The notes under the pieces: generated by a model | Told to the model about the DNA's origin: nothing | Database searches by the model: none | What the model saw: only the letters and a program-made list of their open reading frames with translations | In this document: piece after piece, positions 26,060-39,719 of the stretch | Layout of the letters: each line of letters begins with the position of its first letter | Numbering within the stretch: position 1 is the first letter of the stretch | Translations under genes and position numbers: made by a program | Assembly: GCF_036321535.1 (NCBI RefSeq) | Contig: NC_087437.1 | Location: 73,844,001-73,908,000 of the forward strand | Source of the DNA: Camelus dromedarius | Lineage: Eukaryota | Length of the DNA: 64,000 nt | Reading direction: 5' to 3'

Positions 26060-26245
26060 ATCGACTCAAGTTAAAGGCCTAGCTTCACTACTTCAGTAAC
26101 TGTGAAACTTTGGTCAAGTTACTTAGTTCCTTGAAATAATGGTACTTTATATTAAATCTGCTGTATGTATTAAGTCAGATAATACTTGAAAAATACTAAA
26201 CACAGTGCCTGGTAGAGAATAATTACTTTAAAAAATGTTGCTTGC
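26060..26245 (+). mobile_element. MIR SINE
   Basis: ctgtgaaactttggtcaagttacttag...attaagtcagataatacttgaaaaatactaaacacagtgcctgg. Confidence 0.8.
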
Positions 26246-27439
26246 TGACATGGTGATCATGATGACAACTTTGAATACAGCTGATGTAGGACACTAGTTA
26301 GTATGGAAGAATTCCTGTTTAGAGGCAAAAGAACAACACAAGTCAAGATAAGGCTTCTAAATTCACTATGTCAGCTCTGAGACATTCCACAGAATCTAAT
26401 TTGAATGTTAAAAAAGATGCTCTAATTTATGTTAAGACCCATTTTAAAACCATAGCAAAGAAGGAATTTTACCTTTCTTGGATTTAGTACAGACCTAATG
26501 TACTAGTATGCATACAGGATTCATAAATATATTGGATATGCTGGAGGACAAGTTACTTTTTTACTAATTGACTTTAATAACTAAAGTCCAATAGCAAAAT
26601 TGAACCAAACAAAGAAAAAATTACCCAAACTAAACCAGACTAGAGTAATTCAAACTAAATGAAATCAAACCAAAGAGAGTCTACTAAAGGAAGAAATGTC
26701 ATAAAATTGAACACAAAGACTATAAAATGTTTAACAAATTCTTAAAAAATACCTACATTACAATTTTGACTTTCAGACTATTTCAGCTGGAAAAATTTGG
26801 AGAACTGAAACTCGGTATTCACAAAGGGGATGATTCAAGGAAACTGTAAAAACAATCCATTCCATTGGCTTGTTTCTATATTTAAAGTTTTATTGTTTAT
26901 TGTTCATTCCTAGAAGGCTGCTTTACATAATCCATAACAAGATAATTTGTATTGTAGTTATTGTCACATGACAATAGGCTTATACTGCCTCAGAAATGAG
27001 ATTGGGAGATTGAAAAACCAGTATCTCTCTCTCCCATCTCACTCGCCCCCCTCCTGCTCCTTATTCCTGATGACTCACATTCTCAGTCAACAAGTTTAAG
27101 ACAGTTCTTCACTTATGCCTAAAATCTGCAAATCCTATTTTCAGGAGCTAGACTGATATTTATAAAATGCCTCAGAAAGATAATTGGTGGTGGCATAATT
27201 TTCACTTAGCTAATGGATTATGGAAATTTTCTCCTTTTCACCAGGCTCTGATGTCTCAGAAAGTAACCCCGTTGTACCAGTTATCAGCAGAATTTATCTG
27301 GTTGAGTGATGGTTAGCTGTAAGCACCCTTTAATATTCACTTCCCCAAGTGCATCCCGTCCAAAGCCATATGCTTGCTCAGACATTCCCATTTTAGAAGG
27401 ATGTTTCCTTAACTAGAAAATAGACAAAATATATGTGTT

Positions 27440-27580
27440 ACAGCACCTGGTACTACATTAGCATCAATTTTACAGATGACGCAATAGGCATTAAGATATT
27501 AAATAAACTTCCAAAATTCAGATACTAAGTGGCAAGTTTAGGATGCACATCCAGGCAGCTCTTAATCATTGCACTTAACA
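27440..27580 (-). mobile_element. MIR SINE fragment
   Basis: caattttacagatgacgcaataggcattaagatattaaataaacttcc. Confidence 0.65.
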
Positions 27581-29684
27581 AATCTTAACTATTTTTACTC
27601 TGACTAATGATATGGTTACTGTTAAATCAAGAGGATTTGATTAGGAGAGCCCTAACGTTTATTTTAGGATAGGGCAAAGCGATGGTAGACACAGCCATAT
27701 AACTCAGGGCTCATTCAGACATGTGAAGTTGGTGCCAGCTGCCAGCAGCCCTTTGGCAGATGTAGTCCTTGATTTTCCATGGATGGATCTTCCAAGTGAA
27801 CACGGAGGAGGATGCCCACAGGGCCATGTGCTACTGCGAGTAACCCATCTGCTTCATCAGGTTACCAGTTCAAAAAGGAGAGAAATGAGGATGCTTGCAT
27901 TTGGCAAAATTTAGTGGGAAAAGGGAAATAGGATTCTAAAAATATCAATGACTAAGACATTAGAAAATCCTAAAACTCTAGTAACATACTCATTCCTCTA
28001 GTGCTTGTGCTGCCTCCACCTATGAAATTATTTCCATGCTTTATCACTCTGGGAAATAAAAACTATGATTTGAAGCTTTTATTTTAAAGACCATGTTTGT
28101 AAACATTGAGTTACGGCTTACTATGTGACAAACACCATACCAGTTGTCTTATTTCATAAGCTACCAGCTAATGATAGTTGGAAACTTACTGAATAGTTGT
28201 GTTGCTAGAGAAGCAGGCAATGTGCACGTTTCCACCTGCAAGTGATAATAGGAAGTTGTCTTCAACCATCAGCAAGCAGCACTGTGCTTGTCAGCAGCCT
28301 ATGGAAAACTCTCCCGGAGGTAGGTTTTTGGTGTCTGTTCTTCTCTTTCCCTTGGTTCCTTTTTATACCATTCTATACCATTCTATACTATAAAAGCAAA
28401 ACAAACAAATAAAAAACAAAACAAAACAAAAAAACAAAAGAAACAAAAATTCAAAAGAAACTTCAGTGATCTCCCTTATCCTTCCTCTCAATTTAGATGA
28501 ATAAATTGACAGATATAGAAAATCCCCCCCAAAAGTTTAGCTGCTGGAGTGAAGTCAGGCAGCTAATACTGCAAAACAAAATTAAAACAGAAGAAAATTA
28601 AGTGTAAACTATTGATTATTTTAGGGAAAGTAGCAGAGGGTAGTCATTAGAATCCAAAGCAAAGTCAATAAATCACAGAATTATAGAGCTTTAAAGCTTA
28701 AAAGTGTCTCAAATATGTCATCCAGAGTTACCCACTGCAGAGCTCACGACTAGCTCAATGGAAAAGCTGAAGCCAAGTCTCCAGTGATGGCCTTCAGCTT
28801 CTCAAATTCCAGACCATCTCAAACGTCTCCTGCTCTTAACCCTAACTCCAACCTGCTGTTTTTCATCCCTCATAATGCAGAACATTTCAAAACCAATTTC
28901 TCTTCTTAGAAAGGCAGCCTATGTGACAGGGATGAGGGGGATTTAGGCATACAGAGCAAGACAAGCAAGATCTTGAAGAACTCATATTTAAATGGGTTAA
29001 TTAAAGGAGGCCAGGTAACCAGCCCTCCATGTTCTGCAAATGCATGAAAAGTATGGAGGCACTGCGGGCTTTTAAATATGTGTTTCTTTGTTTATTCTGG
29101 AGTGGATTTTGTTTAGCTGATTCAGATTTTAAAGGTGTTAGGGAACTCATCTTTTTAAGAGACCTCAGGGGAATCTTTTTCAAAAGAAAAATAGTCAAAC
29201 TTCACTTGTGATTATTAAGTTCGAAATAAACAAGCTTAACTAGTTCACATTTTAAAGAAAGTGTGAAATGTGGTGTTTTGACTGCTTTTTAATTTGTAAT
29301 CTAATTTTAAGATCTTTTGGTTTTTAAATCAGCATCTAAAATACTGCATTTATTTTCTGTAGCTTATCTGCAATAACAACAGTTTCCCAGCCACCATTTT
29401 TTTTTAAATTAAGAGGTATTTAGGAGCACTTAAAAAAGAAAAAACAAAACTTAAAAACCTCTTGTCATCTGTTCTAGGTGATTATTGGTATCTTAACATA
29501 CCAGCTTTGAATGGAGAGAGAACTTAGAGCAGGCAGTCTTTTAATTGTCAGTGCAAATGACTATGAATTTTTCTATTTATGGAACACGCAAGAGAAGAAA
29601 CAGCTATTTATACAGTTCTGTTATTGTGGGTTTTTTTAAATTAGACACAGAAAGTTTAACTGACCCTTACACCTGGTATCAATA

Positions 29685-30030
29685 AGTCCATCAACAAACA
29701 TTTATTAAAGTTTACAAGGTTTAAGGTGCTCTACTGAGTGTTTGGTGGTTATTCATTTATGAAACCCAGAGTGGTTTCCCCTATGAGGGGGAATTTAAAT
29801 ACCCAGGAAAAAATGACCAATAAAACAAGGTAGCATAGGACAAATTAAAACTGGGTGGTAGCGATCAGAAAGTCACTGAGGATCAGCTCAGGGAGCAAGC
29901 ATTTCAAAATAGTCAGAGCTGGAGCTCAGAGTACACTTTGGGACTAGAAAGTCTGAGATGGGTGGAGAGAGGGGTGAAAGCAGAGGTCAGTGAAGCAGTG
30001 CAGCTTAAATAAATATGGCAAAAAAGAAGC
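29685..30030 (-). mobile_element. L2 3' fragment
   Basis: catcaacaaacatttattaaag...aaggtgctctactgagtg. Confidence 0.6.
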
Positions 30031-30057
30031 CGTTGCTCCAGTCTAGCCCCTTTGTCT

Positions 30058-30490
30058 TGTTAAAAATTCAGAAATAGTAAAAATTGAAACCAGATCAGTA
30101 AAGTAGCATTCCATAAGAGTTTACTGTGCACAAGAGAGCAGTTTGTGAACTGGGAGTCTTCGAATCCAAAACCGATGTGAAGCTCAGGGGCCTGACATCA
30201 CAGGATGACTTAGGAAATGAAAATAAGGACGTTGTCCAACCTTGGCAATGATCAGTTCTTACAGTGAGAGTTTCTAGACAGCAGGGGTTTGGTTAAAAGT
30301 GATTATCTAGTACCATTTGAGAAGATGATTTAAGTTTATTTTATGATAATCAGAGGCACTGACAAGAAATAAGCTAAATTTCACTTATATTCACGAAATA
30401 TGCTGGGTTTAGTTTTGTTTATGTGGATTAAATGGTTTTGTCTATTTAGGGAATTTTCAAGCCCAGTCTCTATTTTATTTTATTTCAATG
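30058..30490 (-). mobile_element. ERV1-class solo LTR (MER39/MER34-like)
   Basis: Minus strand begins cattgaaataaaataaaatagagactgggcttgaaaattccct and ends ttttaaca; 4-bp TSD GTCT at 30054-30057 and 30491-30494. Confidence 0.75.
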
Positions 30491-31797
30491 GTCTCTAAGC
30501 CCCAGCAGCCCATAGGATAAAATGGATCACGTTAACATTTTTGACTCTGTTTCCACAGTTCCAGCCCTCCATCAGAGAAACAGCCGGCATTTCAGCCTGG
30601 CATAGGTCGCACCCTCTGCCTCTCACCCTTGGTTATCTCCGGGGGTCCTGGGAGGGCGTTCCTCGTGCTGAGTCCCCTCTGTTCCCGCATGCTGCCTGTC
30701 ACATCTCTCTCCCTCTGAGTGGGGATGATGGTGCGCGCTCTGCTGCTGCTTTCAGCCAAGAGAGACTTCACACTCTCAGGTACTGCTGTCTTCCCTCCCC
30801 CCCACCCAGAGACCTGGCAGCCGGACCAGGGCTGAGTCTCGGTTTCCCAGTGCCCCCACCCACACGTCTCTGCTGCTGAGATGCTGCGTGTCTCTAACGC
30901 ACCATTCCTTCCAGTTTAGACTCTACACAGTCACCGATGGAAAGGGGAGAGTGCCCTCCTGTCAGCGCTGTGCTGTACGTGCTGCTGCACCGGCCCAGAA
31001 ATGAGACTGATTTGCACTCCAGTGTCCCTCTTACGGGACTCTTAGTGGAAACAGTTCATTCCTTTTTCTTAGCAGAATTTCTCAGCTCAAGCCTCACACG
31101 TGAGTTGATGAAGGTGGGGCTAGGTGACAAATCAGAAATCGTAGACTGGAAAAGCTTAGGGGCTGACTGCGAAAAATAGTATCATCCCGTAGACAAGCTG
31201 CTGAGGGATACTGTGTTCTGAATGCAGCAGTAGCAACCAGACAAGCTGGCCCTAAATGAAGGCAGAGGTTTCCTGCTCTCGGCTTGCCACTTTTGGAAGT
31301 AGGACCGGCCTGGTTCGGGCACTCTGTGAACATGACATGGGAAGGTGGGTAACAGGTAGTGCTGTGGCTGCGATCCAGCAGATGTGAGCTCTGGTCCCAA
31401 ACTCACCTCTCAACCTGTGCTATCTTAATGGTCAACTTACTGCTTTGGATTTCAGGTTCTTTTTAATCTGAAAAAAATAATGAAGTTGGCTTAAATGGTC
31501 TTTTGTTTACTTTTCTTCCTAAAATTCTACAAGTCTGTATATACCAAAGATCATTTTATTCCCATGTGTTTGAAAGTATCAACTCAATCTAAATAAGAAC
31601 AATACTTCTGTGTGGGACCCTTGAAGTTCTGCATCAAGTTAACTCTGTTCCCTCAATAAGTAAAATATTATTATCAAGCACATGCCATACATGAATATCA
31701 ATCTGCAAAGATAGGTCTTACATTTTCTTTAAATCAACACAAACTTGCCTCCAAACTTTTCCCTTGTTTACTCCTCTACCCTCCAGAATTCTATTTT

Positions 31798-32282
31798 TTT
31801 TTAATTTTTAATTTTTAAAATTTTTATTGAAGTATGATCAGTTTATAAAGTTATGTCATTTCTGGTGTACAGCACAATACTTCAATCATACATGAACATG
31901 CATATATTCGTTTTCATGTTCTTTTTCACCATATGTTACTACAAGATATCGAATATAGTTCCCTGTGCTATACAGTATGACCTTGTTGTTTATCTATTTT
32001 ATATACATTAGTTAGTATCTGCAAATGTCGAACTCCCAGTTTATCCCTTCCCACCCCCTTCCCCACCCTGGTAACCATAAATTTGTTTTCTACGTCTGTG
32101 TGTCTGTTTCTGTTTTGCAAGTAAGTTCGTTTGTCTTTTTTTTCACTACTCAGCCATAAAAAAATAATCAAATAATGCCACTTGCAGCAACATGGGTGGA
32201 CCTGGAGACTGTCATTCTAAGTGAAGTGAGCCAGAAAGAGAAAGGAAAATACTTTATGATATCACTCATATGTGGAATCTAA
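31798..32282 (-). mobile_element. Short LINE-1 insertion with 5' inversion (twin priming)
   Basis: Poly-T and antisense 3' UTR at 31798-32144, joined to a plus-sense ORF2 end at 32145-32282; TSD ATTCTAT(T/G)TT at 31788-31797 and 32284-32293. Confidence 0.9.
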
Positions 32283-33826
32283 CATTCTATGTTAATCTGT
32301 GTCAAGGCCCTTCTTTTCAAAAAGATGGCCCCAGAAACTGGGAAGATCAAGTAATTTCTGAACCATGGGCAAGACCTTCAGTCTCTACTTGCATTACGAT
32401 AGCCGCTGCTGTCCCCGTTTTCTACAACCAGCAGGCCTTCTCTTCTGAGCTACTTGCAGACATGAGCATCTTTGCAGAGGTGGGTGGCTCTGTCCAGGGT
32501 CCTGCCTCCCCTCGTGCAACATGCTTCCATCCCCACTGAGGTCTTGCCGTCTCCTCAAGGCATCCTCACACAGCAGATCACAAGTGCCCACGAAGGCAGG
32601 ATCAGCCAGTCTTTGACCTTTATTTCTTCCTGATTTCTAGAAATTCTCTTCCTTTTCATTCACTATCCATAGTCTCTTCAACATGTTTGGCATTTACTGA
32701 GCAAAGGAAGAAGCTGTTATCTGATTTCTCACCTATGAAATTATCTGAGGGATGAATACGTAGTCCTGGCTACCTCCTTAAATAGGAGGAGAAGAAACTA
32801 AGGAAAAACCGTACACATATTAATATTATAATAGATTACCCTACTTACACCGGCTCGATTTAGGTGTAAAGGTAAGTAATTCATTTAAGTGCATAAAACG
32901 AGGATGAAAATTAGCACTGGCTTCAGGTAAATCAAATCAAGTTAATGGGTACTCTTTTGCTGGTTTTAAAATTGACTCTAAGTCAGGTAGACAATCCCCA
33001 CTAGTTCATATTGCCAAGAAGAGAAGACAAAACAAAATAAAAACTTCAAGTGTAAATGAAGACAATTATAGCAAGCGCTTAATTTGAAATTACAAGTGCA
33101 AATTTCTGAACAGAGTAAACTGCCTAGATTTGCCTCTTTGCTATCCAAGTACATTGCTCTTTCCAATCAGCTGATTCTCCCTGCCTGCTCCCATACCTGA
33201 ATTTTGGATTGCCTTGCTCAGAAACAATGTCCTGCCTTGGATGGTGGCTGCAATTAGGAAAGCTATGGCTAAAGGTTGCCCCAACGATCATTTTTTTGAT
33301 GTCAATGCCTAGTGACTGTTCTCTTGCACCACTTTCCAGCTCCCTTGGCCCCTGAGGTCCTGTTTCCCGCATTCTAGATGACCCAGTGTACTTGTTATTA
33401 TTTGTGAGCTTCCGTGTCAGGTCTGTCTGAAAGGTTCTGCTTTTGACTCTTGCATGTTTCCTGAACTCTGCCCCCAGGTCCTTCTGGTGACAGGACCTTC
33501 TCTTGACCCCTAACCCAGTTTTCTACCTACATACATGACACCCAGTGGACTTGAGTACCCACTTTGACAAAGCTACATTATCCCAGAAACCTGTGTTCAT
33601 ACAGTTTCACAGAAAGGTTTTTATTCAATGTTCAGCACACACTAAATTTTAATAATAACCCATGAAGTACAGCTTGTGAAATGAGTGATTATTTAGACAA
33701 CTGAATGACTCAGATTTTCCCTAAAAAATATTTCCATTTGCCTGTGCACTTGTCAACACATATTCAAGAAACAGAGGAAAGATCAGTCTTGTTCTTCACA
33801 GAAAAATAATTTGATGAAATCTTTTT

Positions 33827-33921
33827 CATTTTATTTTATTTTTTTATTTTTTAATGGAGGTTGAACCCAGGATCTCATGCATGCTAAGCACACACTCTAC
33901 TATTAGCTATACCCACCACCC
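33827..33921 (-). mobile_element. tRNA-Ala-derived SINE (Vic-1-like) with ~9-bp internal deletion
   Basis: Minus strand GGGTGGTGGGTATAGCTAATAGTAGAGTGTGTGCTTAGCATGCATGAGATCCTGGGTTCAA-CCTCCATTAAAAAAT; imperfect TSD TTGATGAA..TTTTT at 33811-33826 and 33922-33936. Confidence 0.9.
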
Positions 33922-34109
33922 TTGATGAATTTTTTTATGATTACATATTTGATGGCTTTAGAATATTGCAAGAAATATAAAAAGGAAGTACTTGTTTTGT
34001 TAATAGTTTGTCACTTCAGTTGCATTGTGACTTTTTACTGATGCCACAAGCATTTCAGGCTGAGTTCTTTAATTCTCACAGAACTGACATTTAAATAAAT
34101 TATAAGGAA

Positions 34110-35860
34110 GTGATATAATTTCATTTTATTCCATGTGACTGGTTGTTCTAAAACCATATATTGAATAATCCACCCTTTCCTCACTAGTTTGTAATGTCAT
34201 TTTTGTCACATCTATATTTAATTAACTTCACTTCTGCACTTTCCGCTTGTTCCGCTGGCTAGCTTGTTTATCCCTGAACCTATGCTAGAATATCTTAATA
34301 AAGCTGTAGCATAAATCTTGCTGTCTAGGATGGTGCTTCTGCATTGTGATGTTAGCTAGTCTGTTTTCTTTATACTTCAACATAAATTATAGAATTGACC
34401 CAAGTTCTATAAAACCAAACAAATAAATAAACATAAAACCCCACTGAAGTTTTGAAGAATAGCATAGATTTAATTTGTGGAGGATTCATATTTCTACCAT
34501 GTGAACTTTTCTTTTTCATAAATATTTACTTATTTAGGTCTTCTTTATTTAGTTAGTTCTTATTTAATGCCTCTCAACACAGTTTTGTTATTTCTTTCAT
34601 AAGAATCTTGCATGTCTTTTGTTTTCATCCATACATAAATCAAGACTGCAAATTATAGACATATTATCTTAAATCACCAAAAGGTAATCCTTCTCAAGAA
34701 TTAAAATAGGTTTGCAAAAATATGTAAACATAATATACAATTGTTGTATAAGAGTCAGACAATACAGAAAGGAAATAAAAACTACTCATGATTCCACTGT
34801 CCCGAGTAATAGTTAGTAAGAACTACTAACATTTTGTTGAATAGACGCCTGGTCGTTGTTTCTATAAACACGTGTACACACTGTGAGATTTACCCACATT
34901 GAGACACATTCACATAGAAGAGTAAAATGCTATTAAAACACACAATGCCCTGTTAAATGATTTTTTTTTTTTACTTATAACACATCATGGGCATCTTTTG
35001 GAGTCAAATTGCACAATAGAATTTTTTACTCTTAGTATTTTTTCAGTTAGCAGTTGTTTCTTTGACAATTGACAGCTTTCAAGATACTCTTTTTAAAATC
35101 ATTTCCTGCTATAATATTGTAGAAATAATCACCTAAATTTTCCTTTAGAAATTAATGTGGATTTATTTTTATATTTAATTGTTAATTCCATCTGGAGACT
35201 TATAACAGTCCAACTTTTGGACTTTTTGTACCAATATTTGTCACAAAATAATATATTGAATAATGACTAATCCAAAAAAATTCTTTAAAAATTCCATTCT
35301 GACATTCTCTATTCTAGAACATTGAAATGTTCATTTCTTCAACAGTATAACCATATTTTAGGTACTGCAAATTTATAATACATCTTAACATCAGAAAGAA
35401 TAAGTCCTTCTGCAATGATTTGAATTTTTTCAACTTTTTATTAACTGTTATTAAATGTTCATACTTCTAGGTGTTCTTTAGGACATTTTCAGGTGAAGAA
35501 TTCAAATTACGTAGATAGTTGATAATGCTTTTTATTCTGTTGTCACTAAGCTAAAAAATTTTTGTCCAAAGGTATTTGCACCTGTTTTCTACATTTTTAG
35601 TACCTATTGAGATGACTTTCAACATGTTAATGTTAACAAACAACACTTGTTAATATGAAAAATTATGAATAGATTTTAAAATTTTAAGCTATATTCAAGA
35701 AAAATGCTGAATTTGGTCAGGATATTTCATCACTTTTAATGTCATGCTGGGTTCTGCTTGCTAACATTTTATTTAGGATTTTGGCTTCTATATTCCTGAG
35801 TGAGACGGTTCTGTGTCGTTTCCGTTTTTGTGATGCTGATTAGTACTGTCTGGGCAAAAA
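34110..35860 (-). mobile_element. Fragmented ancient L1ME ORF2, antisense
   Basis: catatattgaataatccaccctttcctcac; atttacttatttaggtcttcttt; tgctgggttctgcttgctaacattttatttaggattttggcttctatattc. Confidence 0.7.
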
Positions 35861-36514
35861 GAACTAGGGGGCTCTCTATCCATGAATGTGCGCTCTCAAA
35901 CTCACTGCTAAATGTTCCAGTCCTTCCTTGAGTTCTCATAGCTCAAGCTCAAGAAAAAGATATTCTAAAGCAGTAAAAGATGGAAGTGTAATGGATCCAG
36001 CTGGTTGGCTTACCCAGTTCCAAACTCCGTCTAGCATACCTTCCTGTGCTGCAGAAGCTGTAAAGCCAAAAATGCAAAATGAAATAACTCAGAGTTTCCT
36101 CTAAGTAAAATAAAAATAATAAAGCTTTTATTCCATTTCATGAGAGGCTTCCCTCACCCCTGAAAAGAAATAAATCTGTATTATTTTCACTGGGGTCTAT
36201 ATTTTTATAAAAGTTACATTAAGTGAGCAGGGAAAAAATAGATCTGGGGTTTAAGAGGTGCTTAAGGTAATCATCCTCGTGTTGCAGGTGTTGTAAATTC
36301 TGCTTTTCTTTCTTCTTTTTTAGAGGATTTTCATTTACATGAGACCTGGATTGAACTGAAAAGTATGGTTCAAACTGTAAGAGGTGTTTTAGAATTTAAA
36401 TAGTGTTACTAGGCAAATAATAAAAGTTAAACGTGTGATTCTATAAGGCTTTGAACAGGGCCAGCCTCAGGGGCTTACTGCTCTTTTCAAAACACCATTT
36501 CAGAAACACGAAGA

Positions 36515-36760
36515 TGCAATACGATTGAGAAGAAAAGTGTGGATTTTGTAGTCAGACAGACCTGGAAATGAATCCCAGTTCTGCTACTTACTGACTTTGT
36601 AACCTTCCGTAAATTGCTTAATCTTACTCAAACACTGTTCTCTCTCTAAAACAGCGTTAATATCTAACCGTGAGGATACTGTACAGATAAAAGAAGATAA
36701 TATATGTGAAAACTCCTTTCACAGTGTCAGACACGCACTGTGCATTTAATAAATATTAGG
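36515..36760 (+). mobile_element. Near full-length MIR (MIRb-like)
   Basis: gtagtcagacagacctggaaatgaatcccagttctgctacttact...gataatatatgtgaaaac...taataaatattag. Confidence 0.9.
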
Positions 36761-37779
36761 ACTGTTCCCTCCCAGCTGGATTTAAAACCTGAAATTTTAC
36801 CTGCTTAAAGATACAAATTTAACTGATGTTTTTTCCTTTTGGTTTGATCCACTCCATTCCGTTAATAAATCATTAAGTGATATCAATTATTTACCTAGTT
36901 TAGGAAATATGTTATCAGTCTTTCACAAAGAAAAGAGCAGTGGGGAAGGCAGTACGTTAGAGAAAGTCTGGTTCCCTGTGATCTGATAGAGTAGAGAGGG
37001 ACAGGATTGGTGGGGTATTGAAAGTAGGTATAAGAAGTGCTAAGAGTCAAAAAAGAGACCCTTGAGAAAGGGGAAGATAAATTTTACCTGCATTGTAATT
37101 TTTTCTAGGGACAGGGCTGATGAAAATTCACTGAGTTTGCAAACGACTCATTCATTTGACCATTAGAAAGTGAGTAAAGAGTAGAATAGACTAGGAAGAT
37201 TAATTTTTCTCAAATTCTCTGAGTAAAAGAAAGTGCTGAACATATAGTAGATTCTCAATGAAACTCACCAAGGAATTATTATTCAAATATCTATGCGCCA
37301 AGACAGAGTAAACGTGTGCTTTCATTTTTTTTTCCCCTAAGAAGTCCATGTAATGATTTCTTGCAGTAGGCCAGCATTATGCTAGCTGTTTTTCAAAAAA
37401 CTGTGTAATATAGGAACTTTCCCAGGATGAGGAAGAAAGTTTATAATGAAGGGAGAATAAAAATCTAGGTTTCAGTATTGCACTTCACCTTATGGCCCTT
37501 GAAAATAACCGTAACAATTAGAGCTCAAACAGTGAAAATTTTCAAGGGGTATTATTGAAAGATACCATGACTTAAAATAATCTCCAAATTCATTTAAAAC
37601 ATATCCTGGGTCTTCCAATCCAATGCCTTAAGTTATACCAATGCACCATTAAACCCATATCAAGTATAATAATTATCTTTGCTCTTAAATGGGGAGTAAA
37701 ATTTTCCTTCTGCTGAGATATCATTTAGTGGTTTCCACATAAAAGTATAACATTTTAAACCATAAAGGTTATTAAGGAT

Positions 37780-37925
37780 TATTTTTTCCAGCACCTTTTT
37801 TTCAGACAAGGAAACTGAGACCCACGGACAATAGCTGAGTGGGTCAAGGACATACAACTAGCATGTTTACAGGCAAGACTCACCCATATGTCTTCTGACT
37901 CTCAGACCCCCGTTCTTTCCACAGT
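37780..37925 (-). mobile_element. MIR SINE fragment
   Basis: ttttcagacaaggaaactgagacccac...caaggacatacaactag...tcttctgactc. Confidence 0.8.
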
Positions 37926-38414
37926 AAAACCCTAGTGTTCCTAACCTTCAGCTATCTTGTGTGCTGGAGATTATAAATCACTGGTACTCTAGGCAAGAGC
38001 TTTAGAAATCAGATCAGGAGGGAAAAAATCAGAATTTCATTGCCTTGCTGAGGTACAATTCAATTTAAATATATAAGTATATGTCTATTTATACATTTTT
38101 AACATTACATACACACATACACATGCTTATAGTGGACTGAGGAGTTCTCTGTTGGAAACTAGGTGCATTACGCAGGATATTTGATGTCATTCATCACCCT
38201 GGCTTTCTGATGAAGGTCACAATAGATAATATGTATGAATAGTCTTTGTAAATTCTAACTTGTTAAGCAAATATAAAGGATTATCAGGTCTTCACACAGA
38301 GTGAGTTCTGGAGTAGGCAGAGGAGAGAAATGTATTATGCGTTTCTGATGGAGGTGTAGAAGGAAACTTTCTTTAGGCTCATTTTCCTCTGCTAATTGGA
38401 GAAATAAGTTGCTT

Positions 38415-38720
38415 ATTTTATTAGTCAATGTAATTAACACCAAGCAACTACAATAAAGAAGCCTTCAGAAATCTCAATGGCTTAGCACAAAAGTTTATCT
38501 TTCCTTCTTACAAAATGTGATGCAGGTTGGTGGGAGAGCTTTGACTTAGAAAACAGGGTTCACCCAGCTGTGACAGTCATCTCAACACATGATCTCCAAG
38601 CTGGAGAGAGAGATGGAGAAGACACATTGTCTCTTACCTGTCTTAGCCCAACAGTGATACTCACAGTTTTTGTGCACAAACCATTGGTCCCCACATTACT
38701 GCAGTCAGGAAGGATGAAGT
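38415..38720 (-). mobile_element. Old MaLR LTR (MLT1K-like)
   Basis: aaatctcaatggcttagcacaaaagtttatctttcc...ccattggtcc. Confidence 0.55.
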
Positions 38721-38991
38721 CTCTGAGACAAAAGTAAATTCATTGTACTTGAGGAGCAGAATTAAGTCTCCAGTTGCTAGAGTATACAGGTCCAGGAGAT
38801 TGTATTGTGAGGTAAGTGCAGAAGGCAGGCAGACAAACCAAGGGCTGGCTTGTCTCCATTGAGTGGAAAGCCTGTAGCAGGTTTTAAGCAAGGAAGTTAC
38901 ATTCTATGATTTGTTCTTATTACATTCTATGATCCTGTTATATTATTTATATATACAATGTTTTATATATTATGCATTATATATTATGACT

Positions 38992-39310
38992 ATATAAGGA
39001 CGATTCTTGACTTGCTATGGTTAAACTTAAAATTTTTTGACTTTATGGTCGGACTGCAGAAACAAAAACAAAACCAAAAACCAAACAGTGCCAGTTTCCA
39101 TGAAAATTCCTTGAATTCTTGGGACTGTTTAAGTAAAGCTGAGTTGCTAAAGCCTTGCTGTGAAATCAGGTGTAGGCAAACAACTGTGAAAGATTAGGGG
39201 AAACATTGATTAAAAATTAGATGCATTCTGAGCTCAGATTACAAGAATAAAAAAGGCAGAATTCCAAATGCAGTGAACATAGCTCTAACATATGGCCCCT
39301 AGTTCAAAAG
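38992..39310 (+). mobile_element. TcMar-Tigger DNA transposon fragments
   Basis: Tigger-like end (cttgacttgctatggttaaacttaaaattttttgactttatg) and a decayed HTH-like reading LAVKSGVG-TTVKD*GK at ~39154-39203. Confidence 0.55.
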
Positions 39311-39690
39311 ATTGTGATTGCATGTGCCTTTTTGGTTTTCTGTTTATTTGTTTACATAAAAATAAAATATACAGGACATAAATAAATCATTGAATTTTTT
39401 CCCATTAGTGATTTTTCTTTAATGATAGCTTTAAATAAGAGATTTTCAACTCTATTATCTTCATTTAATTGACAGAAAAAGTGCAGCTGCCGAGGAGCTG
39501 AGTGGCTTGGACACCTGACAAGAACCCAAGCACAATTCTCCTGACTCCCAGTCTGATGTTCTTCTATCATCTTAAATTATATCCCCAAATCTGTCATTGA
39601 CCTTATATTTTAGGGCCTTGTTCTAATTCTGAGAAGACTCTATAATGTAATTTCTACAAGTTAACAAATTAATGTTTAATGTGGGGGACA

Positions 39691-39718
39691 TTACTACCTT
39701 ACTACCTTACTACCTTAC
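39691..39718. repeat. 8-bp tandem repeat (TTACTACC) x3.5
   Basis: ttactaccttactaccttactaccttac. Confidence 0.9.
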
Positions 39719-39719
39719 A

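Noticed and set aside
36301..36382. Strong acceptor with a 53-nt open frame (DFHLHETWIELKSMVQT)
   Set aside because: Weak donor context (ACT|GTAAGA), unrecognised peptide and no compatible neighbouring coding exons
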